A stretch of 64,000 nt of DNA, taken from contig JAVECL010000012.1 in NCBI GenBank assembly GCA_051942245.1, positions 1 to 64,000 on the forward strand, read 5' to 3'. Position numbers and translations under genes: made by a program. The number at the start of each line of letters is the position of its first letter. Within the stretch, counting starts at the first letter, position 1. Origin of the DNA: Trypethelium eluteriae. Taxonomy: Eukaryota. Positions 50,738 through 61,716 of this stretch are shown here, piece after piece. Under the pieces are notes generated by a model. It was not told the origin of the DNA. It saw only the letters and a program-made list of their open reading frames with translations, and did no database searches.

Positions 50738-53700
50738 TTAATCCCTTAGTTTGAGCATGACGTATGGGATCTCGACATCCTCTTCTGACTGATCCTCGGC
50801 AGTGATCTCGAAAATGACGTTCTTCTGGTGATCCGGAATCTTCTTCTTGCTAATGGTTTCGACCAGCTCGCTAAGTCTGCATCAAGAGTAAGTACGGTCT
50901 TTTGCTTGAGGGATTTGAGGTTGTGGGTAAGAGTAGATAACGTACTTTAGGGGCAAGCGGTCCTTGAGTTTACTGGGTGCATAAAAGCTCGCATAGAGCA
51001 AGCTGACACCACTCGATACCATTGTGACATTAAGCCCCTTTTTATCGAAGTCGTCAAGAAACTCTTGCAACGTCACATTCGTCACCTCAAATCGATCCCA
51101 TAACTTGTCAACGATTACTTCACCATTCCGGCCCAAATACTTGCCTTTGGGGCTAGCAATTGGCTCGCTGAAGCCGAAAAAGGGGAGAGCAAGATTGACG
51201 AAGCCATTTTTGTATTGCTCAATGTCAGTCTTACCATCAATGAGCTTGAAAAGTTCAAGTACGACGAGACCCGTAACAAGCGCGGTGGTGGTGGCAATGG
51301 CAGGAATAATCTTGCCAGCGATGAACTTGGTCTTGTGACGATCTGCAGTCGCAATTTTGTAGTTTTCTGCGCGCAGATTGCTTGCTGCTGTGATAAAGTC
51401 AATATGGAAGTTTGTGTCATCATCCTTTTCGAACTCGACGGGCTCCAGCTTGAAACCGGCCAGAGATTTGGGCGGTGGCAGGGTGTCAACAATTCTTTGG
51501 AGCTCGTCGTTGTCGCCCGCGGGCTGGCTGGCATTCGGATCCGGCTCTTTATCATCGGCCTGGATCTTGACTCCTGGATCTGGCTTGAAGTCTGGAATGA
51601 TCATGTTTTCAAGTACCTTCACGAATTGCTCTTTGCTGGCGTCTTTGGGATTTATATTGTAGTTGAACGCGTGCAATCTTGCTGCCGCTTCCACAAAGGC
51701 GAAGTGCGTGAAGTTCGAGGGATCAAATTTTAGTGGATCTGGCGCACGTTTGGGGCCAGACCAGAAGGGCTGCCCACTGGAGGTCTTGGAGTCCTTGGGG
51801 AAATTGTAAAGTAATTGTTGAATGGCATTGTTGTACTGCTTCTCGAATTGGTCGCGTGCCCACACTATGCAGTCATCAAACGTCAAAGGTTTCTCCGTCA
51901 CAAGAAAATCTCGAAGAGTCTCTAAAGTCTGCTTCTCGTTTCCAGATTGCTTCAGTGCAGTGCCGAGATAATTGGGTTGGGTAAGGTACAGGTTGACAAC
52001 TTCAGGTGGGCCAACGAAGTAGCTATGGAAGAGATCCTTGGCCCACGCAATTGTGTGCTCAATCCGGTTAGGAAAGCTGCGAAGTGTACACATGGGGAAT
52101 GACTGCTCTGGCGGATCCTGAGAACTTGAATAGGACTCGGTAATCATCGGCAGCACAACTTGTGAGTTTGCCTTGGTTCCAAGAGTACCGCTGTCCAGCA
52201 AAGGTTTGCGGAAGAATACGCATCGGCGGTCGACATACGTTCTGGCATCGACGTTGTCTAGAGCGTTCGTGACAGCATCCAGACGACCCCAAAACTCCTC
52301 ATCGAAGACGTGCTCTGTGTCTGGCCCAACGCGGTCTTTCAATGACACGATCTTGCCTTTGAGCTCAGGATTCATCGCCTGGACGGCTTTTGCAGCACAC
52401 TCGCTCTTCAATTGGCCCACATCATTTGGTCTGAAGAGAAATTGTCGATTCAGGTTGCTCCGCTCAATTTGATCCATGTCAGTTATGGTAATGCTGCCTT
52501 CCGGTCCTGTACCCAGACCAATCATCGCCCAATTCTTGAGCATTTCACATCCAATGGCACCGGCGCCGACCAGAAACTGTTTCATATTCGCAATTTTGTC
52601 CTGGAAGTCTTTACCAAAAACTGCAAGCTGACCATCATATCGCGTGCCTAGCGGTTTGCACAATTCCTCGGACCGCTCGAATGTTGTTGGGAGGGACTCT
52701 AGCGAGTCAAAGTAAAGCCATTGCTTGATTGGATGAAACTTGCCCGAGACGGACTTCAGAACTTCCTGGGCAGCGAGACCTCCGAAAAATGCGGCCATCG
52801 GACTGAGATCTCCTCGTGCTTGGTAGCTGAGTTCGGTGATTATTTTCTCGTCGAGATCCACATTTTCCTCGCCTTGACTTGCCAGAGCTTGCGCAATTTT
52901 CAAAACCTCGGACGTATCGCTAGCATTATGTGGTCTCGGTAACTCTCGTCTGTGCTCTTCTGCAAACGCGTGCAAAGCCTGGAATCCAATGTGCAGTTGT
53001 TGAGGTCGGTCAAATTTCGCAAAGTCGGACATCATGAGCTCAGGCTTCTTCAGTTGCGTCCTCAGCGGCTCAAAGTCAATGATCTTGGGCATCTTGACTT
53101 GAGTATATAAGCCACCTCGCTTGTACTGGCCGAGGCCGGTCACATCACCTATCGAGAAAGTGTAGGGTCCCTTGACAGTGATTTTCCTTGGAGCTGTATC
53201 GTTGAGACCTTCCATACCTTCAAGTTCCGAAAAGGTCACGAAGTCACCGTCCTCCAAGCCGTGCCTCGTTTCATCTAGCGCTGAGACAAGACCCTCTGAA
53301 TCTATACCAGCCACGATGCCGCTGCTTGGACTTTCTCCATTAGGATCTCCACATGTAAAATTCTTTCCAAAGTCAGTAAAGACTGTTCCAAACAAGCCGA
53401 ACGTGTCGGTGATGACGACATATATGCCATGCTGATGGCAATAATCTGAAATGGCCAGTTGGTCTTTCAAAGGAGTGTCTGTGAGGACTACGACTTGGTA
53501 CTGACTGAGCTGGCTAAGATTCGAGCTCAGGTTGTCGGAAGGATGGACAGTGACAGGCACGTAGGGGTTGAGCTCCGAGACTCTAGGTGCCGTGGCTTTT
53601 GCTCTGGGAAGGCCGACGTCGCTTGGATGGAGGAAAAATTGAGAGGAGAGGTCCGATATTGTAGCAGGCCTTGGGTCGTATAGAGTTAGTGACTTCACAC

Positions 53701-53911
53701 CAGCAAGAGCGACGTTTTTCGCGATTTCGACACCGAGACCTCGCAACCCGACGATGAGAATATTTGAAGAGCCCATGCGCTTCATAGCCTCATGACCCAG
53801 CACGTAGAGCTGCCTGCTATACAGAGACTCATCGATCTCGCCGTTTGCGCCCTTGAGCTGCTCGGCAACCGCAGCTGGTCCTCCGTCAATCTGCATCTTG
53901 TTGTCCGTCAT
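50738..53911 (-). CDS. UBA1: Ubiquitin-activating enzyme E1; intron 50877-50945; first AUG at 53911 with the frame open further upstream
   Basis: [33 protein letters not shown], active-site [25 protein letters not shown]; last exon ends [14 protein letters not shown]. Confidence 0.98.
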
Positions 53912-54660
53912 GGTTTTTTTGTTCGGACTCGCGTCCTCGTCGGAGTGGCGCCTCTTCCCCAGCCTGCCGCTGGCCTCGTGGGAAGGAATCGTGACCGTCA
54001 AACAAGAAGTTCTGGAGTTCGAGTAGAGTAGGAGGCAGTGGAGGCAATGTAGACTGTAGTGACGTCGATAGCTCCACCGTGGCGAGAGGAGTACTCTAGA
54101 AGAGGTTTAAGTGACTCATGTCAAGGAAGACGAAGGGAGGTGGCGTGTGAGACAGGCAAAGGAGTAGACTTAGCAGCAGGCTTGAGGCGACAGGCAGAGG
54201 CAGCTGCGTTGATGACAAAATGGTCCCAAGCTTTGCGTATGATAGTGCCCCGCCACCGCATATAACATAAGGTACTAGGGTGCTGTAACCACCGTAACCA
54301 GGAGCCCACCACACCACGTCCATGTCCGCGTCCTTGAACAACCGAGCAAACACGCTTCTGCTACTCTTCAAAGACCTCGCGGTCGTATGATTCGACCATG
54401 TTTGTCTTGAAGCTCATAACCTTATGGCTGGCTGTTCGACCTCGTTCATGCTGACACGAGGAAGAACCTCCAATCTCCTCATTGAAAATTTCTAGATATT
54501 ATGATAGTTTGGACTATCATCACAAGATAGTGCATTAAGCTTGTTACATGAAGCATTCGATGAGGTCGACTATTACTCTATGCTATGAGAAAAGCCTTCC
54601 TCCATGGTTCTCCATGAATGACTTCATGAAGAGAAGCTGAGAGGTTCCCTAGCAGGCTGA

Positions 54661-54927
54661 CAATTTTGTGCATCTAAATCGCCTGGAAGCCAGGCACTAA
54701 CGATCAAACTCGGCCGTACGGAAGATGAGGATCAAGATATTGAATGTGGATTCATTCACAGTTGAAGGGAATCTGACGGGAAGTTGTCATCTGTCTGCGC
54801 CAACATCTATCGACTAGTCGCGAACCTGGACGACCACACGGACTATCCTCCGCCCCTCAAAAGTGTGGTCAGGGACATTCAGAAGCTTAGCCAGTACATC
54901 GGGCGCAGGGAAGGAGCTTCAGCCTAG
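54661..54927 (+). pseudogene. Possible decayed coding fragment
   Basis: About 88 codons in one frame broken by a single TGA (54763-54765); protein-like composition; no family recognised. Confidence 0.2.
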
Positions 54928-55837
54928 TCTTCGTTCCGAAGCAATAATGAAATCACGATAGCTGAGCCGCTAAGTTGGGCTTACTCTACCAGAAGTCAGG
55001 AATGCGAGCAAGCCAATCGCAAAATTGATAACCCCGGAGCACCGATGGTCATGAGTAAAAGGAGATGAAGAACGACCTATGTCCTATAGAGAGGCCAGTG
55101 CTAGTCGATAAAGTCTACATGTTTTCGGAGTAGCATTTGACCAAATCCAATGGTCATGCTGTGACGAAGAAGGCTTTGTTGATGCTTTGGTCAATTACAA
55201 TACCATGGCTGTCTCAGTTACCACATTTTTCCTACAAGGTGACACGTTTCAAGCAGGACCGCCACAAATTTTGAAAAACCGAATGGGTTAATGACTCCTT
55301 CAGCTGTCCTGCCTCAGATTATGATGAAAAAGGCTAGCCGCGCGAAGCCGTATGCAAGACAGGTTTGGCCCCATCATCTCGATCGGCTTCCGATTAGATA
55401 AGCTTGACATTTTTACGACGCTAATCCCATTTCTCTACTGGCCTATGATATTTTGCCTTGCTAACAACCTGCTTCTTGGACAACCTTTGAATTCGAGGGC
55501 TGATAGTTTTTCTCACCCTGCTCGTCCGAATCAGTCCTCGGAAGTCTCTCTGGGCTGCGAATGCCAGGTAATCTTACCCTTTGCGTCACTATCTCGCCCG
55601 CCATGCCCGAAAAATCACTCGGTAATCTGAGAAAGCGCTCTCCCTATGCCGACTATCCCTTCGACAAGTCGTGGCTATGTATCACAGTAGTAACATTCTA
55701 TGAGTATAAAGGTTTCCGCGTCTTCCGGTATGTAAGTCTTCTTCATGCTGCATGCATACGAACTTTCTATTATCGAAACTTCATTTCATACATCAAGTAT
55801 CTTCTCCTGTCTTCAGCCATTGGCCTAGTTCCTCAAG

Positions 55838-56923
55838 ATGGTGGCCAAGCTTCCGACAACAGTCATGCTCCTATTCTCAGTAGTCTTGGGTGTCGCATTG
55901 CCCACTGCAAGACCCCAGGACGAAAATGTCACTGCAGCTGATATTGACAACCCTGATTTCGGTCCCATTCCTGGTGAATCTTCTTACTACACGAACTACA
56001 CCGGCATTAAGCCTCCTTTCCCTGACCGTTATAATGATTCGGTTCCTGCCAGCAGCAGTGGGCCTCCAGGTCCGGACGATGCTCTCTGGCAAAACCTAGC
56101 TAGCGCGGAGTGGATCGTATACAGATTTTATCAGAAAGGCGTGGAGACGTTTTCGCAGTCTGACTTCATTGAGGCAGGCTTCCCGGCCAATACGTACAGT
56201 CGTCTTATGGAGATAAGAGACAACGAAGCCGGACATTTACGCATTTTCCAAGATGAGATCTCGCATGACTCACTGAAGCCCGGCCCATGCGAGTATTCTT
56301 ACCCATTCACGGACCCCAAATCTTACCTAGAACTCCAAACAATCATTGAGCTTTCCAGCATGGCGTTTCTCACCGGACTCACGCAGACGGCTCAGCTTAA
56401 TTCTAGTAAAGGAGCGCTTGTCGCAGCGGCACAGGTTGAGACGCGTCATGAGGTTTGGTCTCTTATGGATATCTGGAAGACAGATCCCTTTGCTGGCCCG
56501 TTCGACACCTCTTTCCCATATGCCACTGAGATATTACAAGTTACCAACGATTTCGTTATTCCAGGATCTTGTCCGCCCAACAATCCTGTTTACCCTGTCC
56601 CTTATCAGAACCTGCCCCAAATTGAGGCCATCGGCGCCGCCGCCCCTGGAAATAGAATCGAATTGGAGTACCTCAATCAGTCCCACATCCCGGAATTCAA
56701 GACCAACACTGACTATTACGCCGTTTTCTTCCACGGCGTCTTCAATATCAGTGTCCCATATGATCCCAGCACCAACTACACCACAATTCCCTCCGCTTTT
56801 GAGGATACTGGTCTTATTATCGGTGTATTAGCTGATACTCGAGGTGCGCCGACACTTGACAGTGTGGTTGCAGGACCTATGGTCCTGGTACAGAAGCCGT
56901 CGGTTCTGTCTGTTCAATCATAA
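55838..56923 (+). CDS. Secreted ferritin-like (Rds1 / Ferritin_2-type) protein
   Basis: Signal peptide; NLASAEW..FY, EIRDNEAGH, IELSSMAFL, QVETRHE di-iron-type motifs; FVIPGSCP; several N-glycosylation sequons. Confidence 0.88.
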   Translation: MVAKLPTTVMLLFSVVLGVALPTARPQDENVTAADIDNPDFGPIPGESSYYTNYTGIKPPFPDRYNDSVPASSSGPPGPDDALWQNLASAEWIVYRFYQKGVETFSQSDFIEAGFPANTYSRLMEIRDNEAGHLRIFQDEISHDSLKPGPCEYSYPFTDPKSYLELQTIIELSSMAFLTGLTQTAQLNSSKGALVAAAQVETRHEVWSLMDIWKTDPFAGPFDTSFPYATEILQVTNDFVIPGSCPPNNPVYPVPYQNLPQIEAIGAAAPGNRIELEYLNQSHIPEFKTNTDYYAVFFHGVFNISVPYDPSTNYTTIPSAFEDTGLIIGVLADTRGAPTLDSVVAGPMVLVQKPSVLSVQS

Positions 56924-58519
56924 TCCAAAGGGCGTCCTAGCGCAACGGGGCATGGGACCCCGTTTATTGAAAGCATTGAGAGGGTCCTTGATGATATTTT
57001 CGTCAATTTCTGAAAGATATGGCCCTTGGAGCCTTTTCATTCTTCCCTTCAAGCGACTCTACCTCTGTTCTTCATTATTTAGGGACCACCTGGCGCGCCA
57101 GAGACTGTTCTGTGATCCAGTACCCATATTCGCTTCAACAAAGTCATCGTTTTAATACGAAGAGACGTCAAAGCCTTCCTTCTTACCCAGGTTTATCACT
57201 TAGCGCACCTTACTCATAAGATCTATCACGGATGTTAAAAAAGTTCAAGTGTCATCCCTATTTCTTTCATTAGGAGCTCGTGCCTAATCCTTGGTCTTGC
57301 TATTGATAGACTATGAAAATGCGGACCTCCGTTCCATTTGCCAGGGCTTGTGTGAGACTGCATTGTTACAACCGTGATTTCGGGTTCATGTGTCCACGCG
57401 ATATCACCTCTGATGTTAAGAAACTGAAACGATGCCCTCGAAATGTTCTGTTTGAGACCTCGGACCATCGCCGCTGCACTGGAGGTGACAGACTTTGTAA
57501 TCAATGAGTGGTCTAAGGCGCTGCGCAGGGGAAAAAGCGCTCCACATTACTCCTGATAAGTAGCACTTTATCTGAGAATTCTCGAGGTTTACGACATTAG
57601 GGAACCAAAGAAGCTCGGCTCAAAGACCAAGCACGGGCTTCGTCGGGCTGGCCACTGTCTTGAACTTGTCGAGCGCACTTTCAGCTGATTCTAAATTGCC
57701 ATCAAGAACTTTGAGCGCCGGACTGGGAGTGTAATCTTTCAGCAGCAGTCTTGGTTGTTATGTTTTGAGAAGGAAAAGTGGTAATCCTCGTTTCCCGTAT
57801 CGTTTCCATTGGGTGCCTTGACGAATACTGTCCTCACACCCTCTATCCTGACCACATCGGCTGCCATAGGTGGTGCGAATGCTGACTTAACCGTGTCCGT
57901 TTTTCCGAACTCCTGTGATACTACCTGCGACTCTGCTGGTCCAGCAGCCGTAGCGAGTCAAGCATCGAATGTGCTTGCGTCCTGCTTTGCAGGCTAGATA
58001 GTACTCATTACGGCGTCCTTGCTCTTGTATTCGGATGCTATAACCGTACAAAGATTCTGGACATATAGGAGTGCTTCTCACCTGCTGTAGCATAGACGAT
58101 GAACCTGAGCGACTTAGAAGATTGAACTACACCACAGACCTTCCCATTTACAGCAGGCTAGCAACGCCAAATTTACAGGACAGTTGAATTTGCAAGGAAT
58201 TTGTCGCGTTCTCGCCTGAGTTCATTCTGACTATATTTCAGCAATAAGGTATCTATTTTTGCTGAAAATTCGCCGTACCATTTGAGATCGATTTCTTTCA
58301 CTATCGAGCCGTAAATTGGCCTTCAGATCAGACAGTGATATCGTCAATCGACGTGTTTTTCCGAGAAGCTGCTCCAAGGTCTGTCTGAAACGATGTATCG
58401 GGTAAAGTCCATCGAATTATTCGAAGACCTAAAAGCAGACATTTTCATGGCATTAAATGGTGTTGAAAGTCCTGGATAAATGGGCGGTAGATGATTAAGC
58501 GGAGTGAATGAGGACGGCA

Positions 58520-59857
58520 TCAAAAGATCGGCTCCGTTGCTAATTTGACCACATCGAGGGTCACTCCTGCTTTATCGCAAGCCTCGCGAAAGTCAGGTGG
58601 GACTATTGGGTTGGTCACGCTGTAAGTCAAATGACGCAGAAAGGGTGCTCTACCCAAGAGCGTGCAGAGCAGCTGTTGCGCATCATCAAATGGCTTGCAA
58701 TATCCTGAGGTCAGTCGGAGAGCTCTCAAGTTTGGTGGGAAATTTTTTACAGGCGCTCCAGCCTGGTCCAAAATAACGTGCTGTGAGAACAACATCGTGT
58801 CATCTATGGATAATGAAAGTAGTTCCAGGAGTCCATTCAGTTGAAGAGACCACGTGTTGTTCAGGGTGAAGTTAGCACGAAGGCACAGGCTTTGAAGCCA
58901 TGGCTGGTGCTTGCAGATGACATCAATGTACGAGTTCCAATCCTCGGGCAAAATTCTGACATCAGGTGCCATGTATCGACCGACAGCCTCAATCGACAAC
59001 TCCTCTAGCCGACGAGGGAAGGCAAGAATTTGGTTCAAGGCATCGGCCGATAGGCCGCCCCCAAGCCAGTACAATTTCCGGAGGGACGTCTGATGATGAT
59101 GGGATGCGGCGTCAAGCTTGCTCAGAGAAGATGTGGTGAAATCACTGGCGGAGCAACGTCGAATTGTTATTTCTTCAATGCTTGGGATGGCGAACACAGA
59201 TCCGAAGCAACACATGTTGCCAGAATTGTCACCGGAGTCATCGTAGAAAAGCAACGTAATACTGCCTGTTGGAAAACCCCGTTGTTAGTTGCGTCCGCTA
59301 TGTGTCTGTCTGGCGCTAAGGCATGTGTACGCACAAGTCTTCAAATTTGAAAGGCCGAAACCGCATGCGGCGGTCTCCAGCATCGTTTGGATAGGCTTTG
59401 GCTGCTCAGGCTGGCCCATGGCAACGCGATAGGTTCGGAGGTTTACTAGCAACGGAAGAGTGCAGATTTCGGAGTCACTGTCGTCCCAGACTGCCTCCTC
59501 CTCCTCTTCCCATTCCTCGTTCACATCATTCTCCTCGCTTTCCTTGCTGTCATCCTCTACCGAGTTATCTGTATCTCCATAACGAGACTCGATCCAACTT
59601 TGGAATCGATCGACGATCAAGTGTCGTACCCCAGCAGCTCTTTGAGATCTTGTTCGCAACGCTGACTGGAATGCAATGTTCTGTGTTCGAGACTTGATGA
59701 CGACCGTGTTGAACGTTTTGGTTTCTGCGAGCAGGTAGATCCGACGAAAAGAGTACGTGAGCGCCGCAACGTCGATGGGATCGGTGATAGTAGCGCAGAT
59801 CATATCAAGAATCTCGGTAGGCAGATCAGCGATGCCAGTTACGGCTAGGTTACCCAT
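58520..59857 (-). CDS. F-box-like protein with LRR-like C-terminus; intron 59266-59334
   Basis: IADLPTEILDMIC F-box start; repeated LxxL units (NLRTY, NLKTC, SLRKL, RLEEL, NLRALRL); GTGCGT..CTAAC..AACAG intron joins the frames. Confidence 0.85.
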
Positions 59858-61637
59858 GACGGGTAATATCGCTTCTTGAAAGTATTGATAATTCTACTAG
59901 AATAGCACGTAAAGACCGTGGTGTCGTAGACAGCACTCACAAGGTCTTCTTTGCACGCTGCTCGTTGAAAATGCTTGGGCCGGGGCTGTAATTTGAATCA
60001 GCAGCCTTTTCCCCTGATTTGAGATTGTCAGTTCATCCAGCTAGTTCAATCCACAGATTTAGCGTACAGCACATGCAAAGCCGTGAACGATGGCGATATT
60101 GTACTGTGCTTGACACAATTGACCAAGCAGCAAGACGCGAGACACAGCGCTTGTTTCGTTCTAGGGTGAGCATAGGTAAAGAACTCCAGAGTGGTGAGTA
60201 CTCCGTACTCTATCGTAATCTATTCGCACAGACCCGCAGGCGATACTTCACCCTCGAGGTCATCAGGCAAGTCCTGCATCACTTAGTGACTTCTCCGAGA
60301 ATGTGACGTAGCAACAAATCTTAGTGCGTTCAGCTTATCGGATCGACACCACACGGTGAAGGTTTGGAACGAGCCTGTAATCTAGAAAACCGGGTCAAAA
60401 CAATACATTCTCACATGCTAGACTGGATCCTTCCGGCGCTCACTATTCTCAGATGACGTAAAACAGAACACCGTACCATCGTATCGCAACCCTTGTCGGG
60501 CATATCCTAAGCATAATACTATCCAACGAGCACACTTAGAAATCAGAGTATAATGCTAGGCTGGGGGCGGAGGATACAGGACGAAATAGTACTTCTGCCA
60601 CGCTGGCTAGGAGTTTTGGGGTGAACATTTTCCCCCTGACACTTAAAGGTAAATTTCTCACCTCGTGCCAACATTCAGTCCCCCCCCCGGCCATGTGACC
60701 CTCGCCCTTTCGCAAGTGTCCGATCGTATAAGATACGGACGCCGTCATCCCGTGGTGCCATAATAGGTACCGTGGGTACCTAATTAGCACGCAATTTCCG
60801 CCCCGTTTTCTCCTCCCGAACGACTATCGTACTGTACCATCATTGTTTTTCATCACATGAATTTCCAGCACATGTTCCTGAACCTCGACGTTCAATGTTG
60901 TCCACCTCTCACAATCCGGAACCAGCCGTCATGGTCTGCACTGGAGTTTTTGACGCAAGCCTGCCGACGCATGGTTCACGCTCCGACAACATATCGTACT
61001 TTCGGATCAGTAGGGGAAGTATAGGCTTTATTTTAGGTTTGATCTCTGCTTCACCATCTTCACTGCTCTTCTGGCTATCTAAGACTTCCGTACGAAACTC
61101 GTTATCTGACTTTGGGAGGATTTCATACGGGTTGGCCTGTTAGTCGGTGTAGTAGACGGGAGGAGAAAATCTCGAATATTTAACAGTGTCTGATGGTATT
61201 GGCGCTGATCGATTTTGTCCCTACGTCCCGTGTATCCAGAAGCCTTCGAATGGACGTGAAGAGAGGCACGAAGGCGTGACGATAGACTGATAGAAGAATC
61301 CTTCGCCAAGCAGTGCCAATGTTGCCCACGTTCCGCGCAAACTGGACAACCCTCAGTAAGATCTTGGATCCTGATGCCGAAAGCGGGCATTCTTCGTACT
61401 ATGTTATTCCTGGAGCTGGCCCTAAGCGAAAATTCGAGAACGAGCTCTTCGTTCTGATGATTCGTGTTGAATGTTATGGACTTGTACGATAGTCATCACC
61501 TGGATAACACAGGCCACTGAACAAGAGCGTCATCGTCTAATGGCAGGCAATCTCCTATATATGAGTCTGCGCGATAGAGTTGCTGAACCTGAACCTCACT
61601 CGTCGCCCGCTGCTTGGACTTTACAGGGTATTATCAA

Positions 61638-61645
61638 TATATAAG
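61638..61645 (+). promoter_or_regulatory. TATA-like box upstream of the terminal secreted-protein gene
   Basis: TATATAAG about 45-75 nt before ATGs at 61690 and 61717. Confidence 0.45.
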
Positions 61646-61716
61646 CAACGCGTTGTTGTCACTGCTCTTGCGGCGAGAGGTTTCATGTCATGCCTTTCTT
61701 TTTCTCAGTCACTACC

